Of a stretch of DNA of 64,000 bases, positions 1 through 11,541 are shown in pieces. The stretch is from positions 32,914 to 96,913 of the forward strand of contig CAWBCM010000001.1 in NCBI GenBank assembly GCA_963787285.1, in the 5' to 3' direction. A program made the translations under genes and the position numbers. The notes below the pieces were generated by a model. It was not told the origin of the DNA, did not search any database, and saw only the letters and a program-made list of their open reading frames with translations. The stretch is from an uncultured Acidimicrobiales bacterium (GTDB lineage Bacteria > Actinomycetota > Acidimicrobiia > Acidimicrobiales > JAHEJN01). The stretch's first letter is position 1. The number at the start of each line of letters is the position of its first letter.

Positions 1-60
1 GACTCGGCCTCGACCAGCGTGAGATGAGGGTGGAGGAGTTTTTTGAAAGGAGTGAGATAC

Positions 61-561
61 ATGGGCAACACCAAGACGGCAGACAGCAAAGGTGCTGTCG
101 CGGTAGAGACGCGCCGACCCGACGTGACCCCGACGTGGATCGATCCATTCGATCGACTCGGACTGAGCGATTGGCTCAGCCGCTGGCCGGCACGCTTCGG
201 CGCCCACTGGCCCGAGCGGATGATCGGTGATCTCCACGACATCAAGGTCGAGGAGTACACCGAGGATGGCGATGTCGTGATTCGTGCCGAGATTCCCGGC
301 GTCGAACCCAAGGACATCGACATCAGCGTCGACCGTGGTCGGTTGGCCATACGGGCCGAGCGCGAACAACGCTTCGAGTCCGACGACGAGGGCTATCGGT
401 CCGAGTTCCGGTACGGAGCCTTCGCCCGGATCGTCACACTGCCCGTCGATGCGAAGGTCGATGACATCGCGGCCTCGTACTCCGACGGCGTGCTCGAGGT
501 TCGGGTACCGACCGAGGAGGTGCGACACACACCGAAGAGGATTCCGGTCACGAAGAACTGA
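61..561 (+). CDS. Hsp20/alpha-crystallin small heat-shock protein
   Basis: ORF 43..561 has alpha-crystallin domain signatures (IRAEIPGV..DIDISV, YSDGVLEVRVP). ATG at 61 is preceded by a GAAAGGAG RBS. Confidence 0.9.
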   Translation: MGNTKTADSKGAVAVETRRPDVTPTWIDPFDRLGLSDWLSRWPARFGAHWPERMIGDLHDIKVEEYTEDGDVVIRAEIPGVEPKDIDISVDRGRLAIRAEREQRFESDDEGYRSEFRYGAFARIVTLPVDAKVDDIAASYSDGVLEVRVPTEEVRHTPKRIPVTKN

Positions 562-682
562 CCGGATCGGCGAGCCCGCGGGAGTCGTTCGGGTCGTGCT
601 GGCGTGAGCATGGAACAACCGCAGCCGACCCGACCGTTTCTACGGGCTCGTCTCGTTCGAGCCCGCCGTTCTGAGGAGCGTC

Positions 683-2114
683 ATGTCATCGAGACCACCT
701 ACGTGCCCGACCCTTCGATTCCTGGGGGGCGCCCGTACGGTCACCGGCAGCCGATTCCTCCTCGACCAACCCGCCACCGGCTCGAAGGGTGGCCACTTCC
801 GTCTTCTCGTCGACTGCGGCCTCTTCCAGGGCCGCAGGGAGCTACGTCGAGCCAACTGGGCGCCGTTCCCGGTCGGTCCCGACACGATCGACGCGGTCGT
901 CCTCACCCATGCTCACATCGATCACAGCGGCTACCTCCCGGCTCTCCATCGCAACGGGTTCCGCGGCCCGATTCACGCGACCCCCGACACGGTCGAACTG
1001 TGCCGAATTCTGTTGGCCGACGCCGCCCACCTCCAGGAGGAAGATGCCCGACACGCCAACCGGAAGGGCTACAGCAAGCACGAACCGGCGCTTCCCCTGT
1101 TCACCAGGGCCGACGCCCAGGAGGTGCTCTCGCAGTTCCGCCCCATCGACTATGACGCTGCCGAACGGCTCGGCCCCGGGGTGAGCATCACCCTGCAACC
1201 GGCCGGGCACATACTCGGATCGGCGTCGGTGCTCGTCGAGCTGGGCGACGAACCCGAGTCGGCGGGTCCTGGTCAGCGGCGATCTCGGCCGGCCGACCCA
1301 CCCGTTGTTGCGGCCGGCCCCCGATCCTCCCGACGCCGACGTGGTCCTCGTCGAGTCGACCTACGGCGACCGTTTGCATGCACCGGCCGACGCCGAGATC
1401 GCCGAGCTCGTCCAGGCCATCACCGACACGGCCCGGCGAGGCGGAATGGTGGTGATTCCGGCGTTCGCCGTCGATCGCACCGAGGTGGTGCTGCACACGC
1501 TCTCCCAGCTCATGCACGACGGACGCATCCCCCGCCTACCGATCCATGTCGACAGCCCGATGGCGTTGCGCGTGCTCGACGTGTACCGCAGGGCGGCCGA
1601 CACGGTGGATCCACAGCTCCGTGAAGCGGCCTGGCGGTCGATCGCCTTCGACTCCGGCCAGATCCACGAGTGTCCGACCACCGAGCAGTCGATCGAGCTC
1701 AACTCGCTCACCTACCCGTCGATCATCATCTCGGCGTCGGGCATGGCCACCGGCGGCCGGGTCCTGCACCACTTGGCCCGACTACTTCCCGATCCGAACA
1801 ACTGCGTCCTGCTCACCGGCTTCCAGGCCGAGGGGACCCGGGGTCGTTCCCTTGGCGACGGTGCGACCAGCGTGAAGATGTTCGGTCGCTATGTGCCGGT
1901 GCGAGCGAGCGTGCACACGATCGAGGGGTTCTCGGTCCACGCCGACGCCATCGAGATCACCGACTGGCTCCGTCGAGCGCCCCGACCGCCGGACGTGTGC
2001 TACATCGTCCACGGCGGGCATGGAGCGAGCGAGGCCCTCGGGCGTCGCATCGAAGACGATCTGGGCTGGACCGCAGTGGTTCCCCGTCAAGGAGAGATCG
2101 TCCGCCTCGACTGA
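683..2114 (+). pseudogene. MBL-fold beta-CASP hydrolase (RNA-metabolising metallo-beta-lactamase family), split by a +1 frame break
   Basis: The N-terminal half lies in ORF 683..1624 (LLVDCG, THAHIDHSG). The C-terminal half lies in ORF 1305..2114, one frame over (VLVESTYGDR.., SVHAD, HGG). The two frames join colinearly near 1250-1265. GAGGAG RBS precedes ATG 683. Confidence 0.8.
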
Positions 2115-2140
2115 TCACCATCCGCCCGGACCGAACGCTG

Positions 2141-2435
2141 CTAGAGCACGTCGACGATCTGCTGGGTGTCGTTGGCAAGGGTCCGTCCGGGCACGAGTCG
2201 CCAACCCCACCGTGCAGCGAACGTCCCACACCTCGCCCCCAGGTATCCGGATGCAGACGAACGCGTCGCCGTCCACGAGGGTCGAGGCCCAACCGGGGGT
2301 CAGCGAACCAGACGAGGGTTTCGGCGACTCGGGCGGAAAGATCGATGCGTAGGCCAACCGTGCAGAAGCGGCGTGCACCGACGCAATCGGCACCGCATCC
2401 ATCAACGTCGCCCTCCGTATCTCGAAACGGCACAT
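2141..2435 (-). CDS. Hypothetical small protein with an apparent +1 frame break near 2185-2195
   Basis: High third-position GC follows the frame of ORF 2115..2627 from about 2435 down to about 2190. It then switches to the adjacent frame, which ends ..GWRLVPGRTLANDTQQIVDVL* at TAG 2141-2143. No family recognised. Confidence 0.3.
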
Positions 2436-2594
2436 CCATGCCTCGGAACTCCAGAGCAGCGCGACTCGCGCCGAACAGGCCGCGTGAGGCGTCGGAGCGG
2501 CGGTGCAGCGCCGAGCCGTTTGGCGCAGTGAGCGCAGCGAACGAAGACCAGGCTCGGTGATGCAGCGCCGCTGCGACGCCGGACAGAAGACCCG

Positions 2595-2668
<74 letters not shown>

Positions 2669-2700
2669 GTGCCACCCGAGGGGTGCACAGCCCGCAAACT

Positions 2701-3453
2701 CTATCGGGGCCCACTGCGACCGTCACCCCTGGCAGTGGCCCGGCTCGGGGGTCGTTTGGCTGCGGTTTTGGCCTGCGCGGCCTGCCGCCGAGCCTGCTGC
2801 GACGGGCGACCGGTGCGACGGGGACGGAATCGAGCCGACTCCTCCTCGATCACCGTGATGCGCAGACCGCCGGTGAGGTCGCTGATGAGATTGAACAACA
2901 CGGCGAGCAACACGTTGAACGCGGTGCCGGCGATGACCAGGACGAATCCGCTGAGCGCCACCCCGCGAAAGATCCGCTCGGCGTTGATGGTGAACTCCTC
3001 GAGCGCAAAGAGCTCCCGGACGAAGTTCTCGATCTTCTCGATGGCGCCGGCGGACTCGGCGGCGCCCCACAGCATCACGCCGGCGATCATCAGGATGACC
3101 CACAGGCACAAATAGAAGATGATCGAGATCTTCAGCACCGACCACGGCTCGATGTGACGAACGATGCGTCGGACCCGGCGGGCCTGGAGACGAACCCGTC
3201 GCCGGCGCTCGCGACTGGGCAGATCACCGGCGCGCAGGGCGCGCTTGGGCGGTGGGGTCGAGACCGGAGGCACGACCAGGCTGTTCTCCGGGTTCGACGC
3301 CGGCGCGTTCTGGTCGAAAACCGACGGAGAGTCGACCGCCGGTGAGACGAAAACCGACTCGGCAGCACCATTGTCGGCGTCCTCGACCTCGGTCTCGTCG
3401 TGGTCATCGACGGCGGGAAACGTGCCGGTCAACGGCTCGGCTTCTTGCGACAC
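2701..3453 (-). CDS. DUF3566 domain membrane protein (Rv0007-like)
   Basis: The C-terminal part of ORF 2701..3633 (HIEPWSVLKISIIFYLCLWVILMIAGVMLWG...LISDLTGGLRITV) matches the family found next to gyrA in actinobacteria. The start was chosen at GTG 3453 (alternative TTG 3432) because the upstream gene ends at 3429. Confidence 0.8.
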   Translation of the reverse strand: MSQEAEPLTGTFPAVDDHDETEVEDADNGAAESVFVSPAVDSPSVFDQNAPASNPENSLVVPPVSTPPPKRALRAGDLPSRERRRRVRLQARRVRRIVRHIEPWSVLKISIIFYLCLWVILMIAGVMLWGAAESAGAIEKIENFVRELFALEEFTINAERIFRGVALSGFVLVIAGTAFNVLLAVLFNLISDLTGGLRITVIEEESARFRPRRTGRPSQQARRQAAQAKTAAKRPPSRATARGDGRSGPR

Positions 3454-4058
3454 AGTTCGAAGTGTACGGGATCGACCCCGGGCAACGGTTGGCATAGCCC
3501 CGAAGAAGGTCCGAATCGGGCGAGAACGGGCACGAACCACTCGGCCACGTCGATGGCCAGACCTTGCTCGTGAAGGGAGGTGCCGGGGGGCGCCACCGGA
3601 TAGGGGTTCGCGAATCGGTGATCCCACAGCCACCGCTGCTCGGCACCGGACCGGTACCCCGAGACGATCGGTATCGACCGCCCCATGGCCGCCTCGGCGG
3701 TTCCGATGGCCGCAACGAGCGCAGGAGCGAGCCCACCGGCGGCGAGTGGAGAACGGCGGGCTGCGCCGACCCGCTCGACGGAGCCGATCCGCGCCGTGAC
3801 GACGACGGCGCCTTCCGCCGCAGCGATCGAGACCTCGTCGGCGCCGTTCGACGTCGCGACGTCATCGGCAATGCCCGGCGACACCACCGCGGCCAGTGCC
3901 GTGGCGTCGGCAGCCGTCTGGGCGGCAGCGAGGCGGTGGGCGTGGGCACCCACCTGCACGACCACCCACAACACCCCCACGGCCGCGGCCATCAGCAACG
4001 CCGCGAGCGGCGCGGCCTGCCCCCTCTCGGTCGCACCGCCGACCCCGATTCCGTCCAT
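3429..4058 (-). CDS. M15 (VanY-like) D-Ala-D-Ala carboxypeptidase domain protein with TadE-like N-terminal membrane segment
   Basis: ORF 3429..4058 has C-terminal SGYRSGAEQ, HEQGLAIDV and DPVHFE, which are LAS/M15B zinc-peptidase motifs. The N-terminus has a TM segment followed by HRLAAAQTAADATALAA. ATG 4058 has a strong GAGGAGGAG RBS. Confidence 0.8.
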   Translation of the reverse strand: MDGIGVGGATERGQAAPLAALLMAAAVGVLWVVVQVGAHAHRLAAAQTAADATALAAVVSPGIADDVATSNGADEVSIAAAEGAVVVTARIGSVERVGAARRSPLAAGGLAPALVAAIGTAEAAMGRSIPIVSGYRSGAEQRWLWDHRFANPYPVAPPGTSLHEQGLAIDVAEWFVPVLARFGPSSGLCQPLPGVDPVHFELCRKKPSR

Positions 4059-4096
4059 GGCTCCTCCTCGACCGGTGTCGCAGGAGAAGTGGGGGT

Positions 4097-6622
4097 TCAG
4101 TCGTCGTCGACGCTCTCGACGGCGTCGACCGCGGCATCGGTGCCGGTCGCGTCGTCGTCGGAGTCCTCATCTTGATCGGCTTGGGTGACCGGCGCAAGGG
4201 CGGCAACTGACGCTCCGTCGGGCACGTTCATGACCCGAACCCCGGTCGCACCGCGACCCTGGACCGAGATGTCGGCGACCGCCATGCGGATGATGACCCC
4301 CGACGATGCGATCACGAACACCTGATCGGTGTCCCGCACGGCCAGCACGCCGGCGACCTCCTTGCGGGCGCCGGTCAACTTGATGCCGCGGACTCCGAGC
4401 CCGCCGCGACCCTTGGTGGGGTACTTGTCGACGGGTGTGCGCTTTCCGTAACCCGAGCTGGTGATGTGCAACAGCGAGGCGCCCTCTTCGGCCACCGCGG
4501 TGCCGATCACCTTGTCGTCGCCACGGAACTTCATCCCGATGACCCCGGCCGCGGATCGACCCATGGGCCGCACGTCACTCTCGGCGAAGCGGATGGTCTG
4601 ACCGGCGCGAGACGACACGAGGATGTCGTCGTTGCCGCTCGTCGGCAGGACCGACACCAGTTCGTCGCCCTCGTTGAGCTTGATGGCGATGAAGCCGTCG
4701 CGCCGACTCTTGTCGTACTCGTTGAACTTGGTCTTCTTGACCCGCCCGAGTCGTGTGGTGAAGAACAGATAGCGGTTGGTCTCGTAATCGCGTGTGTCGA
4801 TGACCGCCGCCACCGATTCGTCGGGATCGAGCTGGAGGAGGTTCACGATCGCCGTGCCCCGCGCCGTGCGGCTGGTCATGGGCACTTCATGGGCCTTGAT
4901 CCGGTACACCTTGCCGAAGGTGGTGAAGAACAACAAGTAGGCGTGCGCGCTGGTGTGCGTGAGCTGCTTCACGTAGTCGCCATCACGGAGATTGGCGCCC
5001 GACACGCCTCGGCCCCCGCGGCCCTGTGTGCGGAACTCGTCGACCGAGACCGTCTTCACGTACCCGAGCGACGAGAGGGTGAAGACCAGCTCCTCGTCGT
5101 CGATGAGATCCTCGATGTCGAGAGCACCCGGATCGTGGGTGAGCACACTGATCCGCTCGGAGGCGAACTCGTCGCGGATCGCCACCATCTCGTCCTTGAT
5201 GACCCAACGCAGCTTCACGTCGTCGCCGAGAATGGCCTCGAGTCCCTCGATGGTCTCGGCCAGCTTCGCCATCTCCTCGTCGAGCTCGGCCCGGCCCAGA
5301 CGGGTGAGTCGACCCAACGGCAGATCGAGGATGTGGTTGGCCTGGATCTCGGTGAACTCGAAACCGGCGCCGGTGAGGCCCTCGCGAGCGTCGGCACGGT
5401 CGGCGGACCCACGGATGAGGGCGATGATGGCGTCGAGCATGTCGAGAGCCTTGAGCAGGCCTTCGACGATGTGGGCCCGAGCCTTCGCCTTGGCCAAGCG
5501 GAACTCCGAGCGACGGGTCACGACGTCGATCTGGTGATCGACATAGGCCACCAGCGCTTCGCGGAGGTTCAGCGTGCGCGGAATGCCGTCGACCAGGGCG
5601 ACCATGTTCGCGGAGAACGTGGTCTGCAACGGGGTGTACTTGAACAGGTTGTTCAAGATCACCAGGGCCGGAGCGTCGCGCTTGAGGTCGAACACGAGCC
5701 GGGTCTTCCCCTTGGCCGACTCGTTCCGAATCGCACGAATACCGTCGAGATCGCCGCGGTCGACCATCTCGGCCGCCTTCTGGGCGATGGCGTCGACGTT
5801 GGTCTGATATGGAATCGCGGTGACCACGATCTGGGTGGGCCCCTGCCCCTCGGGCTCGACGATCTCGGCGTCGGCTCGCATGCGGATGGACCCACGGCCG
5901 GTGCGGTAGGCGTCCTCGATGCCGGCCCGGCCCAAGATCTTGCCACCGGTCGGGAAGTCGGGACCCTTCACGAAGGCCATGAGGTCGTCGGGGGTGGCGT
6001 CGGGGTTGTCGATGAGGTGCACGGTGGCATCGATCACCTCGCCGAGGTTGTGGGGCGGGATGTTGGTGGCCATCCCCACGGCGATGCCCTGCCCGCCACT
6101 GACGAGCAGGTTCGGGAAGCGACTGGGCAGCGCGACCGGCTCGACGCGCGAACCGTCGAAGTTGTCGGTGAAATCGACCGTGTCCTCGTCGATGCCGGCC
6201 AGCATCTGCATGGCCAGGGGTGACAGCCGACACTCGGTGTAGCGCATCGCGGCAGGAGGATCCGACGGCGAACCGAAGTTTCCGTGGGGTGAGATCAGCG
6301 GATGCCGCAGCGAGAAGTGCTGGCCGAGGCGTACGAGCGCGTCGTAGATGGCGGTATCGCCGTGCGGGTGGTACTTGCCCATCACGTCGCCGACCACCGT
6401 TGCGCACTTCACATGGCTGCGATCGGGACGAATGCCCTGGTCGTGCATGCTCCAAAGGATGCGACGGTGTACCGGCTTGAGCCCGTCACGAGCATCGGGA
6501 AGGGCTCGTGACACGATGACCGACATGGCGTAGTCGAGGAACGACTGCTCCATCTCCTCTTGGATCTCGATGGCCTCGATGGCGCCGCCGAGCGGCGCGT
6601 CGGGTGGTGGGGAATCGCTCAT
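4097..6622 (-). CDS. gyrA: DNA gyrase subunit A
   Basis: 841-aa ORF with the canonical N-terminus (LDYAMSVIVSRALPDARDGLKPVHRR), the active-site region AAMRYTE and C-terminal beta-pinwheel repeats. Confidence 0.98.
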   Translation of the reverse strand: MSDSPPPDAPLGGAIEAIEIQEEMEQSFLDYAMSVIVSRALPDARDGLKPVHRRILWSMHDQGIRPDRSHVKCATVVGDVMGKYHPHGDTAIYDALVRLGQHFSLRHPLISPHGNFGSPSDPPAAMRYTECRLSPLAMQMLAGIDEDTVDFTDNFDGSRVEPVALPSRFPNLLVSGGQGIAVGMATNIPPHNLGEVIDATVHLIDNPDATPDDLMAFVKGPDFPTGGKILGRAGIEDAYRTGRGSIRMRADAEIVEPEGQGPTQIVVTAIPYQTNVDAIAQKAAEMVDRGDLDGIRAIRNESAKGKTRLVFDLKRDAPALVILNNLFKYTPLQTTFSANMVALVDGIPRTLNLREALVAYVDHQIDVVTRRSEFRLAKAKARAHIVEGLLKALDMLDAIIALIRGSADRADAREGLTGAGFEFTEIQANHILDLPLGRLTRLGRAELDEEMAKLAETIEGLEAILGDDVKLRWVIKDEMVAIRDEFASERISVLTHDPGALDIEDLIDDEELVFTLSSLGYVKTVSVDEFRTQGRGGRGVSGANLRDGDYVKQLTHTSAHAYLLFFTTFGKVYRIKAHEVPMTSRTARGTAIVNLLQLDPDESVAAVIDTRDYETNRYLFFTTRLGRVKKTKFNEYDKSRRDGFIAIKLNEGDELVSVLPTSGNDDILVSSRAGQTIRFAESDVRPMGRSAAGVIGMKFRGDDKVIGTAVAEEGASLLHITSSGYGKRTPVDKYPTKGRGGLGVRGIKLTGARKEVAGVLAVRDTDQVFVIASSGVIIRMAVADISVQGRGATGVRVMNVPDGASVAALAPVTQADQDEDSDDDATGTDAAVDAVESVDDD

Positions 6623-6641
6623 TCCTGATCCTCTCGCCGAC

Positions 6642-8654
<2,013 letters not shown>

Positions 8655-8715
8655 TCACCTGGGAAATCACAACTACGAGAGTCTACCAGGGAACAGGCGG
8701 GTTCCGAGGCATCAT

Positions 8716-8787
8716 CGGCCCCTCACCGGGGCTCCACGCGCACCACGATCCCGGCCCCTCACCGGGGCTCCACGCGCACCACGATCC
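8716..8787. repeat. Perfect 36-bp tandem duplication (2 copies) spanning the stop codon of the DUF721 gene
   Basis: CGGCCCCTCACCGGGGCTCCACGCGCACCACGATCC occurs at 8716-8751 and again at 8752-8787. Each unit contains a GCCCC-N5-GGGGC hairpin. Confidence 0.85.
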
Positions 8788-9085
8788 CGGTCACCGCACG
8801 GGGGCCGACGAGCGCATCGAGACGCTCGATGATCATGGGTTCGAGCAACCGGAGCTGCGTGCTCCAGGCGGGATCGTGGGCGGCCACCGTCAGATGGGTG
8901 TCCTTGAGCCCGATCGGTCGGCAGTTGGCCGCCACCCCATCGCCGACGATGTCGCTCCAGCGACCGAAGATCACGTTCAGTGCGTCGGCCGACGGCACTC
9001 CCATGGATCGAGCGACGCGGTCGAGGCCCTCACCCAGCGGCCGCGGTTCCGATCGTCCTCCGGTCGGCAGTGGTTCCCATGGCAT
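8759..9085 (-). CDS. dciA: DUF721 protein (Rv0004/DciA-like)
   Basis: 108-aa ORF in the conserved recF-DUF721-gyrB position. Its start overlaps the recF stop, and the sequence ..THLTVAAHDPAWSTQLRLLEPMIIERL is typical of the family. Confidence 0.8.
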   Translation of the reverse strand: MPWEPLPTGGRSEPRPLGEGLDRVARSMGVPSADALNVIFGRWSDIVGDGVAANCRPIGLKDTHLTVAAHDPAWSTQLRLLEPMIIERLDALVGPRAVTGIVVRVEPR

Positions 9086-9088
9086 GAC

Positions 9089-10201
9089 TCAGTCTGACCC
9101 GAATGCGAGTGGCGTGCTCGCTCCGTCGCTCTCGAGTCGACCGACGGTGACGGAGATCGTCTGGTCCGGGGTGGCCCCGTCGGGAAGTGGACCGGCGGTC
9201 GAGATGAACACCTGACCGACGGGCAGAGACCGCAGAAGCGCCGCCGACCGACCAGGATCGAGCTCGGAGAAAACGTCGTCGAGCAACAGGATGGGGCTCG
9301 ATCCGTGCACCTCGGTGAGGTGTTGGTGGGCGGCCAGCCGCAGAGCCAGGGCAACCGTCCGCTGCTCACCCTGTGAGGCTCGGTTCCGGGCCGCCATACC
9401 CTCCAGGACGAGCTCCAGGTCGTCGCGGTGCGGTCCCACGGTGGTGAGCCCTCGACGCACGTCGGCGACCCGAGCCTCGGCCAGTGTCACGGCCAGGCCC
9501 TCGGCGCGCCACGGTGGCCGGTAGGTCGCCTCGAGCTGGTCGAGGCTGCCACTGAGTCGCCGATACGCCTCCTGCAGCGTCGGACGCAACTCGTCGAGGG
9601 TCACCGCTCGCAGCTCGGCCCATCGCTCGCCCAGGTCCGTGAACTTGGCGTCCCACACCTCGAGGGTGGCCTCGGCGCTTGCGTCGAGACGACCGTGCAC
9701 CCCCTTCAGCAAGGCGTTGCGCTGCCGGAGGACCTTGTCGAGATCGTCGCGCAGCTGGTCGTTGGCCACGTTGCGGCTCACCAGGAGGTCGTCGAGGAAG
9801 TCCCGACGGATCGACGGGCCGCCCTTGACCAACTCGAGGTCGTCGGGAGTGAACACCGACACCAACAGGAGCCCGAGCAGGTCACGGCGTCGGGAGAGTC
9901 GCTGCCGGTTCACCTGGACGCGACCGCGTCCTCGGCCGCCGAGCTCACATTCGATGAGGAGCTCGCGCTTCTCTCGGCGAGCCACTCCCCGAATGACGGC
10001 GGTATCGGCACCGTGGCGGACCATCACGTCGGGACTCACACCCCGCAGGGATCGAAGCGTGGCCAGATAGCCGATGGCCTCGAGCAGGTTGGTCTTTCCC
10101 TGACCGTTGGCGCCGGTTACCGCAACGAGACCCGGCGAGAAGGTGATATCGGCCTCGACGTACGAACGGAAGTCGCGCAGGGCCAGCTGCTCGACCTGCA
10201 C
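9089..10201 (-). CDS. recF: DNA replication/repair protein RecF
   Basis: 370-aa ORF with Walker A (GANGQGKTNLLEAI) and the SQGEQRTVALALRLA signature, located between dnaN and DUF721. Confidence 0.97.
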   Translation of the reverse strand: MQVEQLALRDFRSYVEADITFSPGLVAVTGANGQGKTNLLEAIGYLATLRSLRGVSPDVMVRHGADTAVIRGVARREKRELLIECELGGRGRGRVQVNRQRLSRRRDLLGLLLVSVFTPDDLELVKGGPSIRRDFLDDLLVSRNVANDQLRDDLDKVLRQRNALLKGVHGRLDASAEATLEVWDAKFTDLGERWAELRAVTLDELRPTLQEAYRRLSGSLDQLEATYRPPWRAEGLAVTLAEARVADVRRGLTTVGPHRDDLELVLEGMAARNRASQGEQRTVALALRLAAHQHLTEVHGSSPILLLDDVFSELDPGRSAALLRSLPVGQVFISTAGPLPDGATPDQTISVTVGRLESDGASTPLAFGSD

Positions 10202-10206
10202 GACCG

Positions 10207-11301
10207 CTACGACACCCGGACGGGCATCAACAGATACAGGAAGTCGTCGTCGCCGACCGAGCGCAGGACCGCGGGCTTCAGCGCATCGACGGTCTCGAGT
10301 CGGATCTCCTCGCCGGCGGAGACCTCGACCCCCGTGAGCAGGTACTCGGGGTTGAACGCCACCGTGAGCTCGAGCCCGTCGTAGGTGGCGTCCACGGCCT
10401 CATGCGCCTGCCCGACGTCCTGGGTCATGGCGATGAGCTCGAGCCCATCGGGGGTCATGGCCATACGCAGCGGCGTGCTCTCCTGGGCCAGGAGTCGGAC
10501 CCGTCGAATCGCGTCCAGTAGCTCGCCACGAGACACCACCAGGTTGTTGGGGTGATTTTCGGGAATCAGACCGCGGTAGTTGGGGAAGTCCCCTTCGATC
10601 AGGCGCGTCGTGAGCACGGTCGTCCCGATGATGAACGACGCCTCGTTGTCACCGAGATGCAGGGTGATCTCCTCGGTGGTCCCGATGACCCGACCCAGCT
10701 CGGCCAGTGCTCGTGACGGCACGAGCACCTGTTGGCCCTCGGCGAGAATCGACGTGCCGGGGAGATCGCGTACGGCCAGGCGATACGAATCGGTGGCGAC
10801 CAGGCGGAGGCCTTCGGCCTCGGCTGCCAGGAGCACACCGGTGAGGATGGGGCGCGAGTCGTCGGCGCTGGCCGCGGGGACGACCTGACGGAGGGCATCG
10901 GCGAGCGCCTTGGCATCGATGGTGACCGCATCGCCACTGGCCACACCGACTTGGGGGAACTCCTCGGCGGCGATCGTGCGGAGGGAGAAGTCGGACCGTC
11001 CCCCAGCGATCTGGACGTCGCCGTCGGCCAACTCGACGGTGACCGCGCCCGGTTCTATGGCCCGGACCACGTCGGCGACGAGCTTCGATGGAATGACCAC
11101 GACGCCGTCGTCGGACCCGGCGACCTCGATCGTCGCCATGATGGTGAGGTCGAGATCGCTTCCGGTGATCGTGAGCGAGTTGCCCCGCAATTCCAGACGG
11201 AGCCCGGCAAGTACCGGGAGACTCCCACCGCGGCTGCTGACGGCCCGGCCCGCGGTTGCGAGAGCTTCGGCCAACACGTCGCGTTCACATCGGAACTTCA
11301 C
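10207..11301 (-). CDS. dnaN: DNA polymerase III beta sliding clamp
   Basis: ORF 10207..11394. The conserved N-terminus VKFRCERDVL begins at GTG 11301, which has a GAGGAA RBS 8 nt upstream. The longer ORF extension would run into oriC. Confidence 0.95.
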   Translation of the reverse strand: MKFRCERDVLAEALATAGRAVSSRGGSLPVLAGLRLELRGNSLTITGSDLDLTIMATIEVAGSDDGVVVIPSKLVADVVRAIEPGAVTVELADGDVQIAGGRSDFSLRTIAAEEFPQVGVASGDAVTIDAKALADALRQVVPAASADDSRPILTGVLLAAEAEGLRLVATDSYRLAVRDLPGTSILAEGQQVLVPSRALAELGRVIGTTEEITLHLGDNEASFIIGTTVLTTRLIEGDFPNYRGLIPENHPNNLVVSRGELLDAIRRVRLLAQESTPLRMAMTPDGLELIAMTQDVGQAHEAVDATYDGLELTVAFNPEYLLTGVEVSAGEEIRLETVDALKPAVLRSVGDDDFLYLLMPVRVS

Positions 11302-11541
11302 AGCTACTGTTCCTCTACTTTCTTGATAAACACTAGTTCTAGTAGTAGGCCTGTGGATCTGTGGAAAACCGACGTTTTCCCTGCTCAGACCCAATGTGGC
11401 CTTGTGGACGGCGAAACACCATGTTCACAGGGTCGCGTGAGGGACCGAGTGATGGTGGGGACAAGGTCGCCTCGCCCACAGGAGGCAAGGGGTTACCCAC
11501 ATGCACTGAGGACGACGGTGTGGACCACCGGTGGTCCACCC
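11302..11541. other. oriC (dnaA-dnaN intergenic): AT-rich unwinding element plus DnaA-box cluster
   Basis: An AT-rich stretch lies at about 11316-11350 (CTACTTTCTTGATAAACACTAGTTCTAGTAGTAGG). DnaA-box-like 9-mers are TGTGGATCT 11352, TGTGGAAAA 11360, TGTGGACGG 11403, TTACCCACA 11493, TGTGGACCA 11519 and TGGTCCACC 11532. Confidence 0.8.

Noticed and set aside
4466-6223. 585-aa plus-strand ORF antisense to gyrA. Similar very long ORFs include 6570..7505, 10732..12741, 30187..32475, 37015..39408, 52673..55090 and 54870..55844.
   Set aside because: These are typical high-GC shadow ORFs. They have Arg/Gly/His/Asp/Pro-rich low-complexity translations and no recognisable domains, and each lies exactly opposite or out of frame to a strongly supported conserved gene.
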